Part shown: positions 6,362-12,772 of the stretch, piece by piece
Layout of the letters: each line of letters begins with the position of its first letter
How positions within the stretch are numbered: position 1 is the first letter of the stretch
Assembly (NCBI GenBank): GCA_964590575.1
Contig: CAZPWM010000090.1
Coordinates: forward strand, 1-12,772
DNA length: 12,772 nt
From: an uncultured archaeon
Lineage (GTDB): Archaea > Asgardarchaeota > Thorarchaeia > Thorarchaeales > Thorarchaeaceae
Direction: 5' to 3'
The notes under the pieces: model-generated
Databases searched by the model: none
What the model was told of the DNA's origin: nothing
Seen by the model: only the letters and a program-made list of their open reading frames with translations
Made by a program: the position numbers and the translations under genes

Positions 6362-7774
6362 ATGAGATGAAATGGTAGGAAATTCAGCATCCTTAGTGGC
6401 ATTTTCAACTTCTCTCAAAGCATCTGTGAATATGTCCAGTCCTGCTTCTGCTAGTTCGCGAGTCAAGACGAGTGGAGGCATGAATCGGACAACATTGGAA
6501 AAGTGTCCTCCTATCTCGACTATCAGTCCTCTTTGGTAACAAGCCGTCCGAACCGCCTTAGCAAATTCAGTCCAAGGCATCTTGCTCTCCTTATCCTTCA
6601 CGAATTCAATCCCCAGCATCAGTCCCTTTCCACGAGTGTCTCCAATAAACCTGCTTTCTTCTTGTAGTTCCTCGAGTCGTGGAAGGAAGACCTCCTCGCC
6701 CAACTTAGCAGCATATGTCCATAGTTTATGTTTCTTGATAAATCTCAATGTCGCAACACCTGCCGCTAGCGCTACAACATTACCCCGGAATGTTCCCACA
6801 TGCGCACCTTTTTCCCATGTGTCAAGCTTCTCATCGAAAACCAAAACGGATAATGGAAGACCTCCTCCAATTCCCTTTGATATAGTCATGATGTCAGGGG
6901 TTATGCCTGAGTGTTGATACGCCCACATTTTGCCAGTTCTAGACATACCTGCTTGAATTTCATCCACTATGAGGGGAATACAATAGTCTTCTGAGATTCT
7001 TTTGACTTCTTTAAGAAACTCGACTGGAGCTGGAAGTGACCCTCCCTCACCTTGAACTGCTTCTATGATAATAGCTGCAGGGTCAACAACTCCAGATTTT
7101 GGATCCTCTAGCACATGTTCAAGGTATCTAGCACATTCAAGACCACAGTTCGAATACTCTTTCCCAAAAGGACACCGATAGCAATATGCGTAAGGTACAA
7201 AGTGCACCTCAGGGATCATTGGCATCAAGCTTTGCTTCAATGCTTTATTTGCTGTCAATGTTATTGCACCAGCGGTCATCCCATGATATGCTCCCTCAAA
7301 GGATATCATTCCCACCCGACCTGTATTGAACTTCGCTAGCTTCATCGCTGATTCAACAGCATCCGAGCCAGTTGGAGCGACAAAAAGTAGCTTAGCAATG
7401 TTCCTCAATTTCAATGGGAGGACTGAGAGTATTTCATCCACAAGCTCCATTCTGATAGGTGTTGGAAAATCAAGAGTGTGTGTTAGTTTTCCCATTTGCT
7501 CCTTTGCAGCCTCGACAACCTCAGGATTGCAATGTCCTACGTTTAAGACTCCGGCACCTGCAAAGAAATCGATGTAGACATTTCCATCAACATCTTTTAG
7601 AGTTGCACCTTTTCCCTCTGCAAAAGCGACTGGAATTGCTTTCGGATAGGAAACTGCTGCGCTTTCAGCGTAATCTTGTTTTTGTAGCATTTCTCTGGAC
7701 CGAGGACCAGGAGGCTTTTCAAGAATTATCGCTTTATTTGAGAGGTGCAGGTCTCTAAATTTATCATCTAACAT
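6353..7774 (-). CDS. Class III PLP aminotransferase, diaminobutyrate:2-oxoglutarate aminotransferase (Dat/EctB)-like, 473 aa
   Basis: ESAAVSYP; DFFAGAGVLNVGH; HTLDFPT; PTGSDAVE; YHGMT; EAVQGEGG; DEIQAG; SKGIGGGLP (PLP Lys); GAHVGTFRGN. ATG 7774 has GGAGG at 7789-7785, so the ORF-track extension to 7900 is probably non-coding. Confidence 0.9.
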   Translation of the reverse strand: MLDDKFRDLHLSNKAIILEKPPGPRSREMLQKQDYAESAAVSYPKAIPVAFAEGKGATLKDVDGNVYIDFFAGAGVLNVGHCNPEVVEAAKEQMGKLTHTLDFPTPIRMELVDEILSVLPLKLRNIAKLLFVAPTGSDAVESAMKLAKFNTGRVGMISFEGAYHGMTAGAITLTANKALKQSLMPMIPEVHFVPYAYCYRCPFGKEYSNCGLECARYLEHVLEDPKSGVVDPAAIIIEAVQGEGGSLPAPVEFLKEVKRISEDYCIPLIVDEIQAGMSRTGKMWAYQHSGITPDIMTISKGIGGGLPLSVLVFDEKLDTWEKGAHVGTFRGNVVALAAGVATLRFIKKHKLWTYAAKLGEEVFLPRLEELQEESRFIGDTRGKGLMLGIEFVKDKESKMPWTEFAKAVRTACYQRGLIVEIGGHFSNVVRFMPPLVLTRELAEAGLDIFTDALREVENATKDAEFPTISSHLS

Positions 7775-7809
7775 TACAACTGAACCTCCATAGCAAACAA
7801 AATTCACTT

Positions 7810-7848
7810 TCGGGTATCCGGAAAATTCGCGATTTTCTAGTGTCCCGA
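7810..7848. promoter_or_regulatory. Interrupted 39-bp dyad upstream of the aminotransferase
   Basis: TCGGG-N6-GAAAAT-TCGCG-ATTTTC-N6-CCCGA; inner and outer arms share one axis at 7829. Confidence 0.4.
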
Positions 7849-8007
7849 TTATTTCATAATCATCAACAACAAATTTGCCTATAACCATTGTCAAAGACAC
7901 AAATCCGAAAAGAGTACTCCTACGCCTCCATTGAATAGGACTGGTTTGAAAATCTCGTCTATCCTATACTAAGAAATATAGCCTGAGTAATTAGAAGGAA
8001 TCCCATC

Positions 8008-8667
8008 ATGAAGACATTCATTGTTTTACCAATGAAACGCGAGAAAGAAATACCTCAAGAGTTTCAAAAGAGTGATAACCGATTTGCAGAATGTCTCGTG
8101 AGGTTCCTCATTAAAGAATATTCCAAACCTGGAGATATTGTCCTTGATATCTTTGCAGGACTTGGTACAACACTCTTTGTTGCTGAATCAATGGGAAGAA
8201 TTCCTTATGGAATTGAATTGGACTCGAATCGTTTCAAATTCATAAATGAGAACCTAGCGACAAAGGGCGGTATAATTCATGGAGACTCTCGAAAGCTTGA
8301 TGACTATAATTTACCTGATGTAGACCTTGTTTTGACATCGCCTCCATTTATGAGACACACGTCTACGAAGAACCCACTCACCGTGGACAAAACAGATGGT
8401 CATTATTCTCAATATCTTGATGAGTTGTCTGAAATTTTCCAGAGACTGAAAGGATTATTGAACCCAGATGCACATGTGATATTAGAAGTGTCTAATCTTA
8501 GGGGTGAGGAAATAACGCCCCTCGCATGGGACATATCGAGAGAAATCTCGAAGGTCCTGCATTTTGAGGGAGAGTTAGTTGTATGTTGGGAGGGCCCTGA
8601 CAATGGTAAGGGTGTCTTTGGATATGGGTATGATCACTCGTATTGTCTTGTATTCAGAAAATTCTAG
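8008..8667 (+). CDS. SAM-dependent amino-methyltransferase (N4-C/N6-A DNA methylase or Trm11-like family), orphan, 219 aa
   Basis: YSKPGDIVLDIFAGLGTT (motif I); GIELD; HGDSR; DLVLTSPPF (motif IV). No obvious large target-recognition domain and no adjacent nuclease. Confidence 0.85.
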   Translation: MKTFIVLPMKREKEIPQEFQKSDNRFAECLVRFLIKEYSKPGDIVLDIFAGLGTTLFVAESMGRIPYGIELDSNRFKFINENLATKGGIIHGDSRKLDDYNLPDVDLVLTSPPFMRHTSTKNPLTVDKTDGHYSQYLDELSEIFQRLKGLLNPDAHVILEVSNLRGEEITPLAWDISREISKVLHFEGELVVCWEGPDNGKGVFGYGYDHSYCLVFRKF

Positions 8668-8746
8668 ATTCCGTTTCATAATTAATGATTCATAGAATCT
8701 CGCTCATTATTGAAAACAGTGATTGCTCACAACGAAAAAGAACTGA

Positions 8747-8774
8747 TAACGGACCAAGAGGGAATTAAACCCTC
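8747..8774 (-). repeat. Degenerate tRNA 3'-end fragment A (att-like relic)
   Basis: Minus strand GAGGG-TTTAATT-CCCTC-TTGGTCC-G-TTA: perfect 5-bp T-stem, 7-nt loop, 7-nt acceptor strand, discriminator and decayed CCA, with exact tRNA spacing. No 5' half found. Confidence 0.55.
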
Positions 8775-8812
8775 ATCTTATTGTTGATTGGTTGGGTGTT
8801 CTCCTCCTCTGA

Positions 8813-8820
8813 TTTATATA
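8813..8820 (+). promoter_or_regulatory. Putative TATA box for the beta-helix gene
   Basis: TTTATATA ending 32 nt upstream of GTG 8853. Confidence 0.55.
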
Positions 8821-8852
8821 TTGGATACACACGGACAAATGCGGGGAAACTC

Positions 8853-11246
8853 GTGAAGAAAGTCAATTCTCTTTTAATACTGAGTTTTTTGTTGTGTGTG
8901 TCTTTTGTTAGTATCAGTACCATTTCTACACCTCTGTTCTTGAGTGGACCTAGAAATGACTCAACAAGAGTGCCATCATTCACAGCTCATGGGGCAATCA
9001 CAATAACAGGAGATGGAGATTTTACCACACAGGGATGGCCAGGCGACGGATCTCCAATGTCACCATATATTATTGAATCACTTGAGATAGTCACAGATGG
9101 CACATGTATAAGCATCTCAAATACTGATGCTCATTTCATCATTAGAAACTGTACATTATCTTCACCAATCATTGGAGTAGGAACCGGTATCTATCTTTCA
9201 CATGTCGACAATGGAACAATAGAGAATTGTACGATATCCTCCCTCGATACTGGAATTGAGTCATATTATACTAATGATTGCATCTTTTCTAATAACACGT
9301 TGAAAGGTTGTGGTAGCTATGGAATCTATCTGTATTCAGGCTTAAACTGCACTGTTAATGACAACAGAGTGTTCAATCTTGATGGCTATGGATTCTTCTT
9401 GGTAAGCCTAAGATACTCTCTTGTAGAACACAATAATATTTCCAACTGTAAAGAAATGGGTTTTGCTTTGGCTAGCTCACTGAATGCTTCTATTGTGAAT
9501 AATGAGATTGAAGAGAGTGGCAGATTTGGACTCTACCTCACAAACTCTTTGAACTGTACCTTCACGAACAATACGCTTGAGAATGGCGGATTTGGAGTGG
9601 GAGGAGATACTGAACCATATTGGTTCCATAATTTCTCAGAAAATACAGTAAATGGCAAATCATTTGGTTATTTCTTCAATACAAATAACACGGAGATAGA
9701 TGGAGGTCTATATGGTCAAGTATTCTTAATTGACTGCTTCAATGTGAGTCTTAATTCGGGAGTGTTTTTCAACGCTTCAGTCGGGGTCAGTCTGTTTTTC
9801 TGTATAAATTGCACAATCAGTAATGCTGTGATCAGTGAAAATCTGTATGGAATCAACTTGCTTCAATCAGAGCACACCACCCTAGTGGGTAATTCCCTTA
9901 TCGATTGTGGTGTAAGGTTTGATGGAATCGAAACCAAGTATTGGATTATTACAGAAACAGGGAACTTTGTTAATGGAAAACAATTCGGATATTTCCACAA
10001 TCAAAATGATTTGGTAATCAATGGAAACGACTATGGGCAGCTTGTCCTTGTAGATTCAAACCATCTTTCTATAACAAACGGGAGCTTCAATTCAGTGACC
10101 TGTGGTTTCGTTGCATACTCCTGCTTAAATTGTAGTATAAAGGATGCCTCATTCGTTGACAATTACCGCGATGGAATACTATTATTGAAATCGAACAACT
10201 GTACCTTGGTTAATGTGACCAGTGAGGGTTCTCGTAGTAGAGGACTCTATAATAGTGCGTCTAACAACACTATTGTAACTGCTAGCAAAATCCACGGAAA
10301 TGGAGATGGTATTTCAGTCTCTAGCTCTGACAACTTCCTCTTTGATTCCAATCAGATTTACAATAATCGTGGAAATCCCATCTATCTTAGTGGAACGTTT
10401 TATGGGATAATTGAGAACAACTCGATACATAATAATGATGGATCTCTAAGGCTCTATGTGGTCAACTATTTGCAGATTATCAACAACACGATATCTGAGA
10501 GCTTGTCAGACGGCATTTACATGGATTTCACATCAGGTGTCGTTATAGTTGGTAACAAAATCTATGGAAACACAGGTTATGGATTGAATGTCAGATCCTA
10601 TGCGTTGTTCTCTGAGATTTACGACAACATGATAGGCTTTAACACAGCAGGAAACGCTATGGATTTAGGGTTATTTGACGAGTGGGATGACGGAGCAGGT
10701 ACAGGGAACGTCTGGTCAGATTATTCAGGTACGGGGGACTATTTTATTTCAGGAATGGGGGTAGACCATTATCCACTGGGTTTTGTTAGTCGACCCGCTG
10801 ATGTACAGTATATTGTAGGAGCTGTTGTTCCAGCAATCACATGGGATGTGAGGTTACCAAATCCAGACTCGTATGCACTATTGTGGGATGGAGTTGTTAT
10901 TGCTCAAGGTTCATTGAACTCATCGTTGGAACACCTAGTAAAGCCAATTGAGGGCTTACCTGTTGATAGTTACAATCTGACTCTAGTAGTGAACGATGCG
11001 TCTGGATATAATTTGGTTGATACTGTCATCATCATTGTAGTAGAGGAATCTGTTACAACAACCACAACTACTACAACTTCTACTACCACTACTACGTTGA
11101 CTACAACAACCACGGTATCAACTACTTCAAGTACAACCACATCGACGCTTCCGCCATCAGAAATCCCAATGGTATTTGTCATCATGGCTGTTGGAGTCAT
11201 AGGTGTCTTCGTAGTCCTCATAATAATCGTCATCCGGAAAAGGTAG
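8853..11246 (+). CDS. Membrane-anchored surface protein with right-handed parallel beta-helix repeats (NosD/PbH1/pectin-lyase-like), probable Ig-like domain, Thr-rich linker and C-terminal TM
   Basis: Signal-peptide-like (M)KKVNSLLILSFLLCVSFVSIST from GTG 8853 (ORF track begins at 8781); GWPGDGSPMSPYIIE cap; many GIYL/NCT/NN ladder repeats; abundant N-x-S/T sequons; poly-Thr; hydrophobic helix followed by RKR-stop. Confidence 0.9.
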   Translation: MKKVNSLLILSFLLCVSFVSISTISTPLFLSGPRNDSTRVPSFTAHGAITITGDGDFTTQGWPGDGSPMSPYIIESLEIVTDGTCISISNTDAHFIIRNCTLSSPIIGVGTGIYLSHVDNGTIENCTISSLDTGIESYYTNDCIFSNNTLKGCGSYGIYLYSGLNCTVNDNRVFNLDGYGFFLVSLRYSLVEHNNISNCKEMGFALASSLNASIVNNEIEESGRFGLYLTNSLNCTFTNNTLENGGFGVGGDTEPYWFHNFSENTVNGKSFGYFFNTNNTEIDGGLYGQVFLIDCFNVSLNSGVFFNASVGVSLFFCINCTISNAVISENLYGINLLQSEHTTLVGNSLIDCGVRFDGIETKYWIITETGNFVNGKQFGYFHNQNDLVINGNDYGQLVLVDSNHLSITNGSFNSVTCGFVAYSCLNCSIKDASFVDNYRDGILLLKSNNCTLVNVTSEGSRSRGLYNSASNNTIVTASKIHGNGDGISVSSSDNFLFDSNQIYNNRGNPIYLSGTFYGIIENNSIHNNDGSLRLYVVNYLQIINNTISESLSDGIYMDFTSGVVIVGNKIYGNTGYGLNVRSYALFSEIYDNMIGFNTAGNAMDLGLFDEWDDGAGTGNVWSDYSGTGDYFISGMGVDHYPLGFVSRPADVQYIVGAVVPAITWDVRLPNPDSYALLWDGVVIAQGSLNSSLEHLVKPIEGLPVDSYNLTLVVNDASGYNLVDTVIIIVVEESVTTTTTTTTSTTTTTLTTTTTVSTTSSTTTSTLPPSEIPMVFVIMAVGVIGVFVVLIIIVIRKR
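11055..11147 (+). repeat. Low-complexity ACN-codon tract encoding the Thr/Ser linker
   Basis: Encodes TTTTTTTTSTTTTTLTTTTTVSTTSSTTTST with mixed synonymous codons. Confidence 0.85.
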
Positions 11247-11280
11247 ATTCAGAACCGTGTAAAAGCTGGACAAAGTAGGT

Positions 11281-11307
11281 TAGCGAGTCAGGTGGAATTT
11301 GAACCAC
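11281..11307 (-). repeat. Degenerate tRNA 3'-end fragment B (att-like relic)
   Basis: Minus strand GTGG-TTCAAAT-TCCAC-CTGACTC-G-CTA: canonical GGTTCAAAT T-loop, GTGG/CCAC stem, 7-nt acceptor strand, G, and CTA for CCA. No 5' half found upstream. Confidence 0.6.
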
Positions 11308-11402
11308 TCCATAACAGTAAGGCATCGTAGTGATTGTTCTATCTGATGACGATATTTATCTGTGAGAATCTAGTCAATGGTCAAGAGATGTGTGTGACCC
11401 AA

Positions 11403-12377
11403 ATGATAAAGACGAAAGTAACTGAAATGCTGGGATGTAAATATCCGATTATTGCAGGGACCATGGCAAGAATTTCTAATCCCGAATTTGTCGCGGCAGC
11501 TAGCAATGCTGGTGCGTGTGCTGTTTTAGCCAGTGCAAATTACAAATCTCCTGACGATCTGCGTGATGCAATCAAAAAAACGCAGTCTCTTACAAATCAA
11601 CCATTTGCAGTTAACATCAATTTGTTCCCTGCTCTGATGCCTCAGGACAAGCTAGAAGATTATGTTGATGCTACATTAGCTGAGGGCGTGAAAATCATTG
11701 AAACAAGCGGTCACAAAGCCCCAGAGGATTTAGTTCCTAAATTCAAGAACAGTGGCGCCATCTGGATCCATAAATGTGCAGGAGTGAGATACGCGAAGAA
11801 GGGAGCAGCTCTAGGTGCTGATATAGTAACGGTTGTTGGATATGAGAATGGTGGAGCTACTGGAGTCTTAGATATAGGAACGATGGTAATGACTCCATCT
11901 GTAGTTGATGCTCTTGATGTTCCTGTAATTGCTGGCGGCGGAATAACAGATGGCAGAGGCGTTGCTGCAATCTTGGCACTCGGTGCAGAGGGAGTAATCA
12001 TGGGTACAAGGATGATGGCTACAAAAGAATGTCCTATTCATGACAACCTCAAGCAAGCCTTCATTCAAGCAGTCGAAACTGATACATGTTTGGCTCTACG
12101 CTCTGTCCAAAATACCCACAGAATATGGAACAATAAAGCAGCAGAGCATTTGCTTGAACTAGAATCGCAAGGAGCTCCCCTATTTGCTCTCATTCAAGCG
12201 GCCTCTGGAGAAAAAGCACAAGAGATGTATAGGAACGGAGATATTGACGTTGGGGTTGTAAGTTGTGGTCAAGGTGTAGGCTTGATCAAAGACATACCCA
12301 CTGTCAAGGAATTACTGGATAGAATGATGGTTGAGGCTGAAGAAATAATTTCAAGACTTAACAAAATATCAAATTAG
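11403..12377 (+). CDS. Nitronate monooxygenase / FabK / NADH:quinone reductase family FMN-dependent TIM-barrel oxidoreductase
   Basis: MIKTKVTEMLGCKYPIIAGTM; AAASNAG; PFAVNINL; ETSG; WIHKC; PVIAGGGITDGRG; LALGAEGVIMGTR; SCGQGVGLI. The ORF track starts at TTG 11334; the family N-terminus fits ATG 11403. Confidence 0.92.
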   Translation: MIKTKVTEMLGCKYPIIAGTMARISNPEFVAAASNAGACAVLASANYKSPDDLRDAIKKTQSLTNQPFAVNINLFPALMPQDKLEDYVDATLAEGVKIIETSGHKAPEDLVPKFKNSGAIWIHKCAGVRYAKKGAALGADIVTVVGYENGGATGVLDIGTMVMTPSVVDALDVPVIAGGGITDGRGVAAILALGAEGVIMGTRMMATKECPIHDNLKQAFIQAVETDTCLALRSVQNTHRIWNNKAAEHLLELESQGAPLFALIQAASGEKAQEMYRNGDIDVGVVSCGQGVGLIKDIPTVKELLDRMMVEAEEIISRLNKISN

Positions 12378-12427
12378 TTTCATGCCGCGATGATTTTGTC
12401 GTTATTTGTAGACTTCGGAAAACTAGA

Positions 12428-12454
12428 TGGTGGGCTAGGAGGAATTTTTGGACC
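12428..12454 (-). repeat. Degenerate tRNA 3'-end fragment C (att-like relic)
   Basis: Minus strand GG-TCCAAAAAT-TCCTC-CTAGCCC-A-CCA: intact ACCA end and acceptor strand, T-loop with a 2-nt A-run expansion. Matches fragment B at 19 of 26 aligned positions, and 6 of the 7 differences are transitions. Confidence 0.5.
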
Positions 12455-12531
12455 AATAGTCAGACTAGGGATATGAGTCAAATACATACTATTGAATGAA
12501 TACACACTCTAATGGGAGAGTCTTCGTTAAA

Positions 12532-12759
12532 ATGAAAAAAGGAGTAGCAAAACCACGTTTTGTAGGTCAGCTGATTATGGGAATTCTAGAAATAATCATA
12601 ATCTTTGCGTTGATACCGTATGTGAATGAACTTGGTGGCTCACTGATCACATCAAGCACATATGGGAATGTGATAACGTTTGGTGTGTTAGGGTTCGTAG
12701 TTGTACATGGATCGTGGCGTATCATTGATGCTTTCACCACGATGCGCAATGCGGATTAA
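12532..12759 (+). CDS. Small hypothetical membrane protein with two predicted TM helices
   Basis: Basic N-terminus MKKGVAKPR, then hydrophobic LIMGILEIIIIFALIPYV and VITFGVLGFVVVHG segments. Alternative start at 12496; GGGAG at 12514-12518 precedes ATG 12532. Confidence 0.65.
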   Translation: MKKGVAKPRFVGQLIMGILEIIIIFALIPYVNELGGSLITSSTYGNVITFGVLGFVVVHGSWRIIDAFTTMRNAD

Positions 12760-12772
12760 ATTCTAATCCAGT

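Noticed and set aside
7775-7900. 42-aa N-terminal extension of the aminotransferase in the ORF track
   Set aside because: A strong GGAGG precedes ATG 7774, family similarity starts after it, and the extension contains a regulatory-looking dyad.
7918-7967. tRNA-Sec/Ser-like TTCAAA loop next to TCCTA/TAGGA hairpins
   Set aside because: The anticodon stem does not pair and no D-arm, T-arm or acceptor stem can be built.
8008-8667. Restriction-modification or other defence system around the methyltransferase
   Set aside because: No nuclease, specificity subunit, ATPase or other defence gene is adjacent.
8747-12454. CRISPR array or intact tRNA genes as the explanation for the intergenic repeats
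   Set aside because: Copies are kilobases apart and degenerate with no cas genes, and none has a D-arm, anticodon arm or 5' acceptor strand.
592-12749. Short alternative-frame/antisense ORFs in the track (e.g. 1213-1521, 2149-2502, 6582-6917, 8765-8983, 10970-11233, 11711-12001, 12567-12749)
   Set aside because: They are shadows of well-supported genes with no motifs. The poly-Val ORF is simply the antisense of the Thr linker.

Overview
Archaeal genomic window, probably Asgard/Thorarchaeia-like. That placement is inferred from the isopentenyl phosphate kinase, archaeal Prx6, TATA boxes, GGAGG/GGTG RBSs and a beta-helix surface protein with a Thr linker and C-terminal anchor. It holds eleven credible CDSs: GT4 glycosyltransferase (+); an operon of a phytol/dolichol-kinase-family membrane kinase and isopentenyl phosphate kinase (-); a peroxiredoxin/PerR divergon with a Fur/Per-box-like operator; N-acyl-D-amino-acid deacylase (+) overlapping tail-to-tail with a Dat-like class III aminotransferase (-); an orphan amino-methyltransferase; a large beta-helix surface protein; an NMO/FabK-family flavoenzyme lacking the usual catalytic His; and a small 2-TM protein. 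No intact RNA gene, integrase, transposase or CRISPR array was seen. The most striking unexplained signal is that three consecutive intergenic spacers (8747-8774, 11281-11307, 12428-12454) each carry a co-oriented, decayed copy of a tRNA 3' end (T-arm + acceptor strand + NCCA). They divide the right half into single-gene units, like an array of tRNA-att-bounded cassettes. The membrane kinase + IPK pair is a candidate natural isoprenoid-alcohol salvage pathway.
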